Shown piece by piece: positions 1 through 12,087 of a DNA stretch of 53,982 nucleotides (its first letter is position 1; every line of letters starts with the position of its first letter). A model generated the notes under the pieces. The model was not told the origin of the DNA. It made no database searches and was given only the letters and a program-made list of their open reading frames with translations. The stretch lies in assembly GCA_003141675.1 (NCBI GenBank), contig PLND01000053.1:6153-60134 (forward strand). The letters are read 5' to 3'. The position numbers were made by a program, and so were the translations under genes. Source of the stretch: Anaerolineae bacterium (GTDB lineage Bacteria; Chloroflexota; Anaerolineae; Anaerolineales; RBG-16-64-43).

Positions 1-30
1 GAGGGGTTAGGTTCGTGTACAATATTCCCC

Positions 31-651
31 ATGTCTTTTCTGGTTTTTCTTTCCGGCGCGATCGTCATTTCCCTCTCGGGCGTTCTCGCGCCCGGGCCGG
101 TGACGGCCGTGACCATCGGCAAGGGAAACGACTCGCCGCATTCCGGCGCCTGGATCGCCGTCGGCCACGGAATCGTCGAGTTTCCCTTGATGATTCTCCT
201 GGCGCTTGGCATCGGGCAGTTCCTTGCAAGCGCGTGGCTCAAGACCACCCTCGGTATCCTTGGGGGATTATTTTTAATCTTCATGGCGATCAGCTTGCTG
301 CGGGGGATAGGACGGCAGGCGGTTAATTCCTCGTCCTACTCGGGTTCTCCGGTGCTCGCGGGGATACTACTGACCCTGGGAAGCCCGTTCTTCTTCGTGT
401 GGTGGGCGACGATCGGTGCGGCTCTCATTCTGCAATCCTGGGCGTTCGGACTGATAGGATTTGTGGTCCTTTGCATTTCCCACTGGTTGTGCGATTTTCT
501 ATGGGGATATTTTCTGTCGGCGATTTCCTACGCCGGCGGTCAATTCTTCGGCCGGCGTTTTCAGCAGGTGGTATTCGCCGCGTGCGGATCGGCGCTGCTG
601 GTTTTCGGCGGATGGTTCCTCTACAACGCCGCCGCTCCGCTTCTGGCCTAA
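31..651 (+). CDS. LysE family translocator
   Basis: 206 aa, hydrophobic; N-terminal SGVLAPGP and later TLGSPFFFVWW motifs typical of LysE/RhtB exporters. Confidence 0.85.
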   Translation: MSFLVFLSGAIVISLSGVLAPGPVTAVTIGKGNDSPHSGAWIAVGHGIVEFPLMILLALGIGQFLASAWLKTTLGILGGLFLIFMAISLLRGIGRQAVNSSSYSGSPVLAGILLTLGSPFFFVWWATIGAALILQSWAFGLIGFVVLCISHWLCDFLWGYFLSAISYAGGQFFGRRFQQVVFAACGSALLVFGGWFLYNAAAPLLA

Positions 652-708
652 CCCCCCTGTGGTCCCCCCATTTGCCGGAGCCAATGGGGGGGACGAGTTC
701 TTGGCGGG

Positions 709-1557
709 TCACGGATTCAACGGCTGGAATCCCTCGCCGAGCGCTTCGTTCGCCTGGCCGATGACGACGAACGCGTCGGGATCGGCTTCCAGAATGATCG
801 TTTTAAGCTGATTGACTTCCGAGCGGCTGATCGCGCAGAAAAGGATCTGCCGTGGTTTGCCGGAATACATCCCCGTCCCCGTCCACATGGTCACCCCACG
901 CTGCAGATCATGGATGATTTTCTCCGAGACTTCTTTCGGATGCTCGGTGACGATGGTGGCGGCGCGTACGATGTTCGAACCTTCCGACGCCAGTTCCGCC
1001 GCGAGGCCGGACGTATAGAGTGCGACCACCGCGTAGAGCGCAAGCGTCCAACTGAAAGCGAGAGCCGACCCCAGCACGACGGCGGTATCGGTGATCAGGT
1101 AGCTCTGGCTGAGAGGTATCCCCCGCCATTTGCCGAGTACCCGGGCGAGGATGTCGGTGCCGCCGGTTGTTCCTTTAGCCCGGAACACCAGCCCCATTCC
1201 AATTCCCATGATGACGCCGCCGAAGAGGGCGTTCAGCACCGAATCCCCGGTGAGATTCCGGGGCAGGTATCGCGGCAGCAGGTCGATCAACCCGGCATAG
1301 AGCACCACCGCCAGGAAGGTGCGCAGAAGGAAGCGCCGCCCGCCCAAGAAGCGCCAGCCGAGGAAAAAGAGCGGCAGGTTGCCTAGGATGATCATTACGC
1401 CGATCGGCCAGCCGGTATACCGGTTGATGATCTGTGCAAGACCGCTCACCCCGCCGGCAGCGAGCTTCCCTGGGATCAGGAACATGTCCATCCCGACCGC
1501 CTGGAGCACTGCGCCAAGGAGGATGAGGAAAATGTCCCGCAGAGGAAATTTTTTCAT
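709..1557 (-). CDS. YitT family membrane protein (C-terminal DUF2179)
   Basis: GGVSGLA, GTTGGTDILA, RGVT..G.GMYS and DPDAFV motifs; start moved to MKKF at 1557, which follows a GGAGG RBS. Confidence 0.88.
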   Translation of the reverse strand: MKKFPLRDIFLILLGAVLQAVGMDMFLIPGKLAAGGVSGLAQIINRYTGWPIGVMIILGNLPLFFLGWRFLGGRRFLLRTFLAVVLYAGLIDLLPRYLPRNLTGDSVLNALFGGVIMGIGMGLVFRAKGTTGGTDILARVLGKWRGIPLSQSYLITDTAVVLGSALAFSWTLALYAVVALYTSGLAAELASEGSNIVRAATIVTEHPKEVSEKIIHDLQRGVTMWTGTGMYSGKPRQILFCAISRSEVNQLKTIILEADPDAFVVIGQANEALGEGFQPLNP

Positions 1558-1859
1558 TACATCGCCTCCGGACAGTTGGTTCAAATCACAAGCATTGTAC
1601 ACGGAATACACCGGCCGGACTGAATGCTCCTGAAGCGGCGCGCTCCGACCCCGGCTCCGCCGTGTGGGCCGAGGGCGCCGGGCAGGGCCGGAGCGTCGGG
1701 CCGGAGCATCGAGAAACCCCAGAAGGCGCCGAGAAAAGAGGGTTATCAATTACAAGGGATTATTTCTTGTGTCGCATTCCGAGATCCTTCGGCGCTTTCC
1801 GTGTACTCGCCTTTTCTGTTGTAAAGTACAATTCATTTGGAATACGAAAAGGAGAACCT

Positions 1860-2900
1860 ATGACCCACCGTAATCATTTCGCCAGCGATAATTGTTCCGG
1901 GATGTGTCCGGAAGCCGTGCAATCCATGCTCCATGCCAATCCGGGGTATGAAGTATCCTATGGGGAAGACCACTGGACCGCGCAGGTTTGCGAAGAACTA
2001 CGCGCCGTGTTCGAAACGGATTGTGAAATCTTTTTCGTTTTCAACGGAACCGCCGCCAACTCGCTCGCGCTTTCCGCGCTGTGCCAATCCTACAACAGCA
2101 TCATCTGCGCCGACACCAGCCACGTGGAGACCGACGAATGCGGGGCGCCGGAATTCTTTACCAACGGGGCCAAGCTGCTTCTGGGAAAGGAAATCGACGG
2201 CAAGCTCCAGCCGGAAAGCATCGAAACCATCGCGAGGAGCGGCCGGGAGATTCACTTCCCCAAACCTAGGGTGGTCAGCGTCACCCAGGCGACGGAATTG
2301 GGCACGGTGTATACCCCGGCGGAATTGCACTCGATCCATGCCGCCGCCCAAAAATACAACCTGCGAATCCACATGGACGGCGCTCGGTTCGCAAACGCCT
2401 TGGCGCACTTGAACGTATCCCCCAAGGAAATCAGCTGGCAGTGCGGGGTGGACGTGCTCTGCCTGGGCGGGACTAAGAACGGGCTGGCGGTGGGCGACGC
2501 GATGATCTTCTTCAACAAGGCGCTGGCGGAGGATTTTGCCTACCGCTGCAAACAAGCCGGACAACTCGCGTCGAAGATGCGGTTCCTCGCCGCGCCTTGG
2601 ATCGGTCTGCTCAAGAACGGCACCTGGCTGAAAAACGCCGCGCATGCCAACCAGAGCGCGGCGGCGTTGGAAGCCCGCTTGGAAAAAATCCCGGAACTGA
2701 AAATCCTGATGCCCTGTCAGGCGAATTCGGTGTTCGTGCGGATGCCGCCCGCGCTGATTCACTCGCTGCACGAGAAAGGCTGGCATTTTTATAATTTTAT
2801 CGGTGAGGACGGCGTCCGATTGATGTGTTCCTGGAACACACGGGAGGAGGACATTGAGGAGTTTGTTGCGGATATTAAATATTCTCTCTCGAAAGCCTGA
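1860..2900 (+). CDS. ltaE: Low-specificity L-threonine aldolase (PLP-dependent)
   Basis: FASDN, NGTAAN, HMDGARFANA and GGTKNG (PLP lysine) motifs; AGGAG RBS before ATG 1860. Confidence 0.88.
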   Translation: MTHRNHFASDNCSGMCPEAVQSMLHANPGYEVSYGEDHWTAQVCEELRAVFETDCEIFFVFNGTAANSLALSALCQSYNSIICADTSHVETDECGAPEFFTNGAKLLLGKEIDGKLQPESIETIARSGREIHFPKPRVVSVTQATELGTVYTPAELHSIHAAAQKYNLRIHMDGARFANALAHLNVSPKEISWQCGVDVLCLGGTKNGLAVGDAMIFFNKALAEDFAYRCKQAGQLASKMRFLAAPWIGLLKNGTWLKNAAHANQSAAALEARLEKIPELKILMPCQANSVFVRMPPALIHSLHEKGWHFYNFIGEDGVRLMCSWNTREEDIEEFVADIKYSLSKA

Positions 2901-2935
2901 TCCTGAGCCGAAACAGAGTGCAGAAAAAAGATAGA

Positions 2936-3163
2936 TGTCATTGCGAGCGACCGCCTGCCCTCGTGTTCTTCGGGGGAAGGGAGCGAAGCCCCGGCCTCGC
3001 CCCGGTATGTGCAACCTTTGCAGAGTACGGGCCGGGGCGGGGCAATCTCGTTTTTCATGTCAGAAACCCCAGATTGCTTCGCCCGCCCCGGTTGGGGTGG
3101 GCCGGGGTCGCTTCGCTCCCCCGGCCTCGCAACGGCGAAGCCGAGGCGGAGCTCGCAATGACA
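2936..3163. repeat. Palindromic MITE/REP-like element with 13-bp terminal inverted repeats and nested inserts
   Basis: TGTCATTGCGAGC ... GCTCGCAATGACA; internal GCAATCT/AGATTGC pair. Confidence 0.75.
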
Positions 3164-3259
3164 AATCTCGACTTTTTCCGTATCCCGCTAAATAATAATT
3201 TCTCGTTTGCATGAAATCAGCCGGGCGGCAATTCCCGGCATGGTTCGTGAATAGCAATT

Positions 3260-3296
3260 AAAAAAAGACCTGGCGTTTTATCGCCAGGTCTTTTTA
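3260..3296. terminator. Bidirectional intrinsic terminator
   Basis: AAAAAGACCTGGCG-loop-CGCCAGGTCTTTTT between convergent genes. Confidence 0.8.
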
Positions 3297-3308
3297 ATCT
3301 TCCTGCAG

Positions 3309-4367
3309 TTATCGCCGGATTTGTCCCCGCAGTTTGGGATCCATGATATCCCGCAGTGCGTCGCCGACCAGATTCCATCCCAGAACAAATAAAATCAGGG
3401 CAATTCCCGGGTAAATCACGATCCACCAGTATTGCGACAAGGTTGGGATCCAATTCCGCGCGAAGCTGATCAACTGTCCCCAATCGGCATACCCCACCTC
3501 GGTGCCGATTCCCAGGAAGCTCAACGCGGCGAAACTAATCACGATGGTACCGATGTCCATCGAAGCCAATACGAGTGTGGGGTAAATGGCGTTGGGGATG
3601 ATGTGGCTGAAGAGGATCCGGCTGTCGTTGGCTCCCACGACCCGGGCCGCAGTGACAAAATCCCGTTCCCGGATGGAAAGGATATCCCCGCGGATCAGGC
3701 GGGCGTAGCTCATCCAGCCGAAGACCACCAGGGCGATGGTCGGAGGCCAGATGCCCCGGCCAATGATCGGGGTGAGGATCGCGGAAAGTGTGAGGGCGGC
3801 CATGATGAACGGGAAGGCCATGAAGATCTCGGTGAAGCGCATGAGGATTTCATCCACCCAGCCGCCGTAAAAGGACGCCACGGCGCCAATGATGATCCCG
3901 ATCATCAAGGTGAGACCTTCGATGAGCACGCCCACGATGATTGCCGTCCGCGTGCCCCAGACCAGGCCATAGAAGATATCCCACTGTCCGCTTGTCGTAC
4001 CGAGGACATGGAACCATTTATCCTTCCCGGTAATTGCCTTCCACCAGAACGGCAGTGGAGGAGCTTGGCGAAGCCATGCAGTTCCGGGTGGAAGGGGAGT
4101 AGTGCCGAAACCATCGCGCGGAATTGAGTAAGGGTTCGTTGGTGTTGCTGGCGGGACGATTTGGGCGGCAAAGATGGCCACCAGCACAAAGAACAAAATC
4201 AGGCTGGTGCCAATTATCGAAAGCGGATTAGTGATAACGCCCCGGAATATCCGGTAAAACTCGGGGCCCAAGACCCGTTCCATCCGGTTGAGTTTTCGCA
4301 GTTGGATGTCCGGTTCGACCCCGGCATTTTCCGGGGGGACGGGAGTCGATTGGTTCGCTGCGCTCAT
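3309..4367 (-). CDS. oppC: Peptide ABC transporter permease (OppC/DppC)
   Basis: LGTT..G.DIF..L.WG.R motif; EAA-like loop ERDFVTAARVVGA; ends GDALRDIMDPK. Confidence 0.9.
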   Translation of the reverse strand: MSAANQSTPVPPENAGVEPDIQLRKLNRMERVLGPEFYRIFRGVITNPLSIIGTSLILFFVLVAIFAAQIVPPATPTNPYSIPRDGFGTTPLPPGTAWLRQAPPLPFWWKAITGKDKWFHVLGTTSGQWDIFYGLVWGTRTAIIVGVLIEGLTLMIGIIIGAVASFYGGWVDEILMRFTEIFMAFPFIMAALTLSAILTPIIGRGIWPPTIALVVFGWMSYARLIRGDILSIRERDFVTAARVVGANDSRILFSHIIPNAIYPTLVLASMDIGTIVISFAALSFLGIGTEVGYADWGQLISFARNWIPTLSQYWWIVIYPGIALILFVLGWNLVGDALRDIMDPKLRGQIRR

Positions 4368-4381
4368 GAAAAATTTTCCTT

Positions 4382-5434
4382 TCAGCCCAGCCGGACCCTG
4401 GGATCGAGAAATGCGTACAGGATATCGACGACAAGGTTAGCGAGAATGAGAATCACGCCGGTCACCAGCGTAAAGGCCAGAACGGTGACCACGTCGTAGC
4501 GTGCCGCGGCTTCCGCGGCGGCGGAACCCATGCCCTGGAAATTAAAAATCGTTTCGGTAATCACCACGCCGCCCAGCAAATAGGCGATGGTGATCCCGCT
4601 GTAGGTAACTACCGGGATGAGTGCGTTGGGACGGGCATGCTTATTAATCACGTCGTTCTCCGGAACGCCTTTGGCGCGGGCTGTGGTGACGTACTCCTGC
4701 CGCAGGGTCTCGAGCATCGAAGAGCGTGTGATCCGCAGAAACGCCGCGAGCGAAGTGTATGCCAGGGTTACCGCCGGCAGCACCAGATGCCGGATCGCGT
4801 CCCAGAAAATATCGAAACGAAGATTTAACAGCGCATCGATTGTGATCAAATGGGTGTATTGCCGGTAATCTGTCTTGGCGACCCAATCCGAAATTCGTCC
4901 GGCTGGGAACCAGCGCAGATCCGCGTAAAAAATCATCAGGACAAGAATACCGAAGACAAATACCGGAAAAGAATATCCGATGATGCTGAAGACCCTTGCC
5001 CCCTGGTCGATCCATTGGTTGTGATGGACGGCCGCCGTCACCCCCATCCAGATCCCAATGATGATGATGGGAATGATCGCGTACAGAGTGAGTTCAAGTG
5101 TGGCAGGAAACCGCAAGGCCAGAAGCTCGGCCACCGGGCGGCTGGCGGATCGGGAGAAACCGAAGTCGCCCCGCAGGATGCCGCCGACGGTTTTTCCGGT
5201 ATCGGCATCCTTCCGCCCTACCAGCCAGTGCCAATACTGGACATAAATCGGGTCGTTTAAACCATATTTAATAATGATGCCCCTCATCACTTCCGCGTTC
5301 TTGGGAATATCCCGTACGTACAACGCGGACCGCGCCTCCGGTCCCAAGAGCTGCAACATCAGGAAGATAAGGACTGTCATGCCGAACAACGTGAAGGGCA
5401 TAATGAGCAAACGCCTAATGAAATAACTAATCAC
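4382..5434 (-). CDS. oppB: Peptide ABC transporter permease (OppB/DppB)
   Basis: GDFGFS, RFPATLEL, EYVTTARAKG and DILYAFLDPRV motifs; GTG start after AAGGAG. Confidence 0.9.
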   Translation of the reverse strand: MISYFIRRLLIMPFTLFGMTVLIFLMLQLLGPEARSALYVRDIPKNAEVMRGIIIKYGLNDPIYVQYWHWLVGRKDADTGKTVGGILRGDFGFSRSASRPVAELLALRFPATLELTLYAIIPIIIIGIWMGVTAAVHHNQWIDQGARVFSIIGYSFPVFVFGILVLMIFYADLRWFPAGRISDWVAKTDYRQYTHLITIDALLNLRFDIFWDAIRHLVLPAVTLAYTSLAAFLRITRSSMLETLRQEYVTTARAKGVPENDVINKHARPNALIPVVTYSGITIAYLLGGVVITETIFNFQGMGSAAAEAAARYDVVTVLAFTLVTGVILILANLVVDILYAFLDPRVRLG

Positions 5435-5470
5435 GGATACTCCTTGCCAGTCTGCGTGTTGTTGCTGCCA

Positions 5471-5508
5471 GTAATCCCCCCTTCCCGATTGGGGGAAGGG
5501 GGGATTAC
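5471..5508. terminator. Intercistronic hairpin after the substrate-binding gene (mRNA stabiliser or attenuator)
   Basis: GTAATCCCCCCTTCCC-loop-GGGAAGGGGGGATTAC. Confidence 0.55.
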
Positions 5509-5545
5509 GTATACCGGCGGCGTTGCCGCCATACCGCAGTTTCCG

Positions 5546-7594
5546 CTAACTCTTCGAGAGCGAATAGAAATAGAGGTCCGAGTAAAGCGGATTCCAGTAG
5601 AACCCGTTCACCCAGCGCTGGAAATAAAAGCGCGCGCCCGCCTGCGCGAGCAGGATTGCGGGTACGTTATCGTAATACAGCTGGTTGAACTGCTTGTAGA
5701 TCGCCGCGCGCTTGACTGGATCAGTCTCGTGCGCGCCTTGTTGCACCAACGGCGTCATCTGATCGATGAGCGATTTCGGCAAGCCCTGTTTCCCGCCAAA
5801 GTTCCCCAGCGAGTAGGTGAACACCCAGTTATGCGGATCGGGAATGTCTTCGATCCAGCCGAGGATGAAGAAAGGCAGTTTCTTGTGCTGGTAGGCGGTC
5901 AGGTAGTTCGACCATTCCAGGCCCTGGGCTTCGACTTTGAAATTCGGGTTTACCTGGCTGATGTCGTTCTGGAAGATCTGGGCGACGGTTTGGCGCGCCG
6001 TGTTGCCGGTGTTATAACCGATGGTCAGCCGGAAGCCCTCGTCCCACAGGCTCTTGCCGTCGGCCGACTTCCAGGTCGAGGCCTTGAACTCGTCCGCGCA
6101 TTTACCCGGATCGTAGGAGTAGTGGGCGCCGGTCGGCTCGTCGCCGATTTCCCCCTGCAGCATGACATCGTTGGCCTGAACGCCTTCACCCATCTCCACA
6201 TCCTTGATGTACGTGTCCCAGTCGAAGCAGTAAGCAAAGGCTTTGCGAACATGGATGTCGGAGAAGAAGTCGGCGGGAACTCCATTGCCGTCCAGTTTGC
6301 CGGAACCGATGAAGGTGTTGCCGCCCGTCGTGTCGATCTTGAAATTAAAGAAGGCATCGGTGCGGTTGGCGACGGGCTGTTTGACATAGCGCACGGCCTG
6401 CTTGTCGGCGCCATCGATGGCACATACGCCATTCGCATCGCAGGTTGCGCCTTCGAGCGTATCCAGTTGGGTCCAATCGGCCGCACCACCCGGCACGATG
6501 TAGTCCCCGTCACCCGCCTGGAAGGTCGCAAACCGAGTGGCGAATTCGTCGATCTGCTTGATGATGACGGTCTGAATCTTCGCTACACCGGAGGGCCCGC
6601 CGGTCCACAGCGGGGTCTTGAGCCAATAGTTCGGATTGGCTGTCAGGGTCATTTGCTGGTCGCCCCATTCCTTCAGCGTATACGGGCCGGTCCCGTTTTC
6701 CCCTTTGCCGATGGGGTTCTTGTTCTGTTCTTCGGAGGTCGGCGCGTAGAAGTTCTGCCAGGTTGCGCAGTCGCCGTTCCATCCGCCGTTAGCTCCCACC
6801 CAGGTCTTATCCTGAACTCCGCCCCACATGTTGGCGAAGGTAACAAGGAACGGACCCCAAGGCTGCGCCAGATTGAATGTGACTGTGCCGGCGGTGTCAT
6901 CCGCAACGATGGCGGAAGTCACTTTCTGGCAAAGTGCCGTCAGATCCGCTGGTTTTTCCTTTCCAAGGCCTTCGCGGTTGTCGAGCAATCCTTTCGCGCC
7001 GTCGGGGTCGAGCTGATCGGTGATGTCGTTGTTGGCTGTGGTTCCCAGAACCGGTTCGGTAAACAGCCACTGCGGCGAGATGGAGCCGCCCGATAAAATC
7101 CCGCGCTGGAAGGTGAACGCCACATCGTCCGGGGTCATCGTATCGCCGTTGTGGAATTTGACACCCGTCCGGATCTTAAAGGTATAGGTCTTTCCGTCGG
7201 CGGAGATGCCGCCATTTGCGGCGGAAGGAACTTCCGTGGCCAACTGTGGAACCAGCTCCGTGATTGAATCCCGCTTGTAGGTCAAGAGGTAGTCGTAGAC
7301 CTGCTGGATGATCCCACCACTTGCCGTGTCGTAGGCCAGTGCGGGGTCGAGTGTGTCGACGTTCCCGAATTCCAGAGCGACAAACGTGGTCGGGTCTTTG
7401 GATTTAAACCCGGCCGAGAACGTGGGCGTGTTGGTTGCCGCTATCGTCGGTATGGCCGTCGCCGCGGCCGTCGAAATGGCCGTCGCCGCGGTGGTCGGGA
7501 TTTCCGTTGCCGTGGCTGCGGTGCCGCAAGCCGAAAGGATCATGCCGCCCACGACCATCAGGCCGATAACAAGGATTTTCTTTCCATGGAACAT
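5546..7594 (-). CDS. oppA: Peptide ABC transporter substrate-binding lipoprotein (family 5)
   Basis: Lipobox LSAC, Thr/Ala-rich linker, TLDPA, YTFKIRTGVKFHNG and GTGPY motifs. Confidence 0.9.
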   Translation of the reverse strand: MFHGKKILVIGLMVVGGMILSACGTAATATEIPTTAATAISTAAATAIPTIAATNTPTFSAGFKSKDPTTFVALEFGNVDTLDPALAYDTASGGIIQQVYDYLLTYKRDSITELVPQLATEVPSAANGGISADGKTYTFKIRTGVKFHNGDTMTPDDVAFTFQRGILSGGSISPQWLFTEPVLGTTANNDITDQLDPDGAKGLLDNREGLGKEKPADLTALCQKVTSAIVADDTAGTVTFNLAQPWGPFLVTFANMWGGVQDKTWVGANGGWNGDCATWQNFYAPTSEEQNKNPIGKGENGTGPYTLKEWGDQQMTLTANPNYWLKTPLWTGGPSGVAKIQTVIIKQIDEFATRFATFQAGDGDYIVPGGAADWTQLDTLEGATCDANGVCAIDGADKQAVRYVKQPVANRTDAFFNFKIDTTGGNTFIGSGKLDGNGVPADFFSDIHVRKAFAYCFDWDTYIKDVEMGEGVQANDVMLQGEIGDEPTGAHYSYDPGKCADEFKASTWKSADGKSLWDEGFRLTIGYNTGNTARQTVAQIFQNDISQVNPNFKVEAQGLEWSNYLTAYQHKKLPFFILGWIEDIPDPHNWVFTYSLGNFGGKQGLPKSLIDQMTPLVQQGAHETDPVKRAAIYKQFNQLYYDNVPAILLAQAGARFYFQRWVNGFYWNPLYSDLYFYSLSKS

Positions 7595-7744
7595 GTTCTT
7601 TCCTCCTTTTTAATCATCGGAAAGACAACGAGTTTACTCGGATGCGAATCTATTCTATTTGAATTTCCGCCACCTCCTTTTCTAGGTGTCCTTCCTTTCC
7701 CCATGGTGTCCTATTTTCATCTTTCCTCGCTTGCTTTCAGCCCC

Positions 7745-8760
<1,016 letters not shown>

Positions 8761-8764
<4 letters not shown>

Positions 8765-9750
8765 CCCCGCGGCTTTCCGAGATCGATATCCCACCAGCAA
8801 GCCGACGTGTGGCTGTCGGCGATCGGCATCAGCGGCGGATTTTCCGCCCGGCAATGATCGAAGGCATAGGGGCAGCGCGGAACAAAAGGGCAGCCCCGCA
8901 CCGGTTGGCACATATCCGGTGGGAATCCTTTGATGTTGACCAGCCGGTGAATGCCTTGCTCGTCGATCCGGGGCAGCGAACCCAGCAGCCCGCGCGTATA
9001 AGGATGCTGCGGGTTGGCGTACAGCTCCTTGACGGGCGCATGCTCGACGATGAACCCGGCGTACATCACCACGACGCGCTGGGCGATCCCGGCGATCACA
9101 CCCAGGTCGTGCGTGATCCAGATAATCGCCATCTTAAACTCGTCCCGCAAGTGTTTGACAAGCTCCACAAATTGCGCCTGGATCGTCACATCCAGGGCGG
9201 TGGTCGGTTCGTCGGCGATGAGCAGGGGAGGGTTGCACGCCAACGCCATCGCGATCATTACGCGCTGCCGCATCCCGCCGGAAAACTGGTGGGGATAATC
9301 CGCCAGCCGTTTCTCCGGGCTGGGGATTCCCACATGTGTGAGAAGCTCGATCACCCGTTCGCGGGCTTGTTTCTTGGTCACGTGTTTATGGATCAATACG
9401 GATTCCGCCACCTGGGTTTCAATATTTAGAACCGGGTTGAGGGAGGTCATAGGGTCCTGGAAGACCATCCCGATTTGACATCCGCGGACCTGGCGGATTT
9501 CCTCGGGAGTCATTTTCAGGAGATCCTTGCCTTGGAAGACGGCTTCCCCGCTTTCGATCCGCCCCGGCGGCATGGCGATCAGGCGCAATATAGAAAGCAC
9601 CGATACGCTTTTCCCGCAGCCACTCTCGCCGACGATCCCCAGCGTCTCTCCTTCATCCACATGGAAACTCACGCCGTTGACGGCATTGATGATGTCAGTG
9701 TCGGTATAAAATTTTGTTTCGAGATTCGTTACGGAGAGGACTTCGGGCAT
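8761..9750 (-). CDS. oppD: Oligopeptide ABC transporter ATP-binding protein (OppD/AppD)
   Basis: [29 protein letters not shown] and CPFVPRC motifs. Confidence 0.92.
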
Positions 9751-10272
9751 GGAGGCTTAGCCACCTGTCTTAAGATTTTTGGGGGTAGACTTGCCCTTGG
9801 GGAGCATGTCGGTAAATTTTAGCATATTATCCGCGTTTAAGAGCAAGGTTGTATCGAAATAACCAGTCCCAAATAGCGTGAAATTCAAGCCCCGGCAGCT
9901 TCTGGAAATCGCGCCGATTAGAGGCCGGAGGGAACCTCTGAAACACATCGTCTGCCCCCTTTATACTGGATAATCCCTATAAATACGGTTTCCTGGGGCC
10001 ATTGGAGGCGGACAATCCCCTTCGATTACGGGGATCGGGGGTGGCTTGCTTCTCGGGGGAATTCCCGGTTGGAAAAGGAGGATTCCGGGGATAAGCGGAC
10101 GGGGTTCGGATATTCCGAAAGGTGCTATATCGAATTAAGTTGAAAGATGAAAAATTATTCCACATCAATGCATTTCAATCCCGACGAATTCCCTATTTGC
10201 TCTCCCTCCGTGCGGATGAAGCAGTCCCAAAATGGGATTAGTGCGTTCCGTAAGTAAAGCTAGGAAGATCCG

Positions 10273-11817
10273 CTACGGTACCCATGCCGCACGCCGGATG
10301 ACGGCATCCATAGAACCCATTTCACGCGGGACGAAATCCGGCGCGGATGCGGCAAGGAGGGTGCCGTTTTCAAATGCAATTAATAGGGTATTGCCCTCGA
10401 GCGGGTCCCAAACCATCGCCCCCACGTCGCCTTCCAAGATTTCCCGCCACGTACCGTCCGGAAATTTAATCTTCACCCGATGGATGCGATTCTCGATCAC
10501 CTCCCAGGCCTGGTTGCCGCTTTTCGAGACGGTTGGTTGATAGGAAGCGCCGGCCAAGGGCGGTTCGTAGCGCGTGGATCCGTCCGGTGAAAAGAGTGCT
10601 TCGGGATAGGATTGAAAGAGCCCGCTTTCGGGAAGCCAGGTTAGGACGTAAGCTTTTTTATCCGATATCTTCCACGGCGCAAGCGATTCCGGAAGGAGAA
10701 GATAGGTCCCTTCCTCGAGCGAACAGGAGCATCCGGAATCGATGGAGAAAATGACGGCGCCGTTTTCCGGCGACCAGGCAGGTTGCGTATAGAAGCAAAA
10801 ATCCACGATCGGCGTTTCCAGTCCGGTGGTGACGTCCACTGATCTCAAATTGCGGGCGATGCATTTTTCGTCGCTGGTGTACATCAGATAGTGCGTATCA
10901 TCAGACCAGCCGAGCAGATTGTGGAAGGTCCCCTTGGGCGCGGGCTGCGGGATTTCCACCCCGTCGGAAATCCGCACGGCCCACAGTCCGTCCATCGGAT
11001 GAAACCCGACGTACGTGGCGCCGTACGGAGGAACCCAGCTGATCCCGATGTGCAGCAAATATTTTCCGTCCGGCGACCAGATCGGATCGATGGTTTGGGT
11101 GGGATCCTGGACGAGTTGCCTGGTTTTCCCCGTGGTGAAATCGTAGCTAAACAAGTCCGCCGACGGGCCGGGGACGGCGCCGAGGAATGCCAGAACATCG
11201 TTCGAACCCGGCTGCCAAGCCAGATCCGGATACTGCGTGAGGGCGTAATAGGCGAACGCCTTCGGCGTGAACGAATTCAATGCGATCTCTTTTTGGGTGA
11301 TGTCCTGCAGGTGCTCGATCGTGCTCGCCTTTCCCGTCGGTAAGTCGACCGCTATCAGATCGGGCCCTTTGGCGCCGGCGACCACTAGCGCGATCCGATC
11401 GCCCTGGGGTGAGATGGAATTGTGAATATCCTGTTCCGAGTCTCGAATCCCTCGATCGGATATGCGGGTTAGAAATCCGCCGTCGGGGTTGGCGATCCAG
11501 ATGCCCGCATCGCCTTCGAAGAGCACGTACGGTCCCTGGGGATTAAGGCCCGCTGGAAGCGGTGTGTCCGTCGGCGGAACGGACGTGAATTGTGGCGTCG
11601 GTGTGGGGGATGCGAGTTCCGATGCGACGGCGGCCGTGACGCCGTTGGTCCCCTTGAGCGGGGAGGCGGCTATCGATGCGGAGCCGGCAATATTGCTGCA
11701 GGAGGAAAGGAAGAAGAGGAAAGCCGGCACTCCCAACCTGTGAAATGTCGAAATGAGGGACTTTTTCTCATGACGTTTCACCGCGCCGACAGCGATCAGA
11801 CCAAAATCCGTTGTCAT
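10273..11817 (-). CDS. Putative lipoprotein with TolB-like (PD40/WD40) beta-propeller repeats
   Basis: Lipobox LSSC, Thr/Pro linker, repeated ISPQG/WSPDG/WSPEN motifs; start uncertain (11817 ATG or 11781 GTG). Confidence 0.7.
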   Translation of the reverse strand: MTTDFGLIAVGAVKRHEKKSLISTFHRLGVPAFLFFLSSCSNIAGSASIAASPLKGTNGVTAAVASELASPTPTPQFTSVPPTDTPLPAGLNPQGPYVLFEGDAGIWIANPDGGFLTRISDRGIRDSEQDIHNSISPQGDRIALVVAGAKGPDLIAVDLPTGKASTIEHLQDITQKEIALNSFTPKAFAYYALTQYPDLAWQPGSNDVLAFLGAVPGPSADLFSYDFTTGKTRQLVQDPTQTIDPIWSPDGKYLLHIGISWVPPYGATYVGFHPMDGLWAVRISDGVEIPQPAPKGTFHNLLGWSDDTHYLMYTSDEKCIARNLRSVDVTTGLETPIVDFCFYTQPAWSPENGAVIFSIDSGCSCSLEEGTYLLLPESLAPWKISDKKAYVLTWLPESGLFQSYPEALFSPDGSTRYEPPLAGASYQPTVSKSGNQAWEVIENRIHRVKIKFPDGTWREILEGDVGAMVWDPLEGNTLLIAFENGTLLAASAPDFVPREMGSMDAVIRRAAWVP

Positions 11818-12087
11818 CCGTGAATAATTACCACCGGCCATCCTAGTTCGTAGCTGTCGAAGGATTATCCATCCCCGGATTGTGGAGCCATTCGTGCGCA
11901 TATTGTATAAGTATAATCCCGCCCTTGGCACATAATTAAATTTTATGGTCCGGGCTTTGCTTACCCTCTTGACCTGGAGAAGCATGACCCAGATATTAAA
12001 GCGAATGGTTGTCATCGATGGGAGTGCATTTCGCGACCTAGATGATTTATTTTCTGCATCGACATGCTCGTTGAGAATCCACGCACA

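Noticed and set aside
1625-1715. GC-rich structured segment between the YitT gene and ltaE as a possible riboswitch or ncRNA
   Set aside because: No recognisable conserved aptamer motif; cannot be supported without an Rfam search.
5444-7096. 550-aa plus-strand ORF
   Set aside because: Antisense shadow of oppA in GC-rich DNA; no recognisable motifs.
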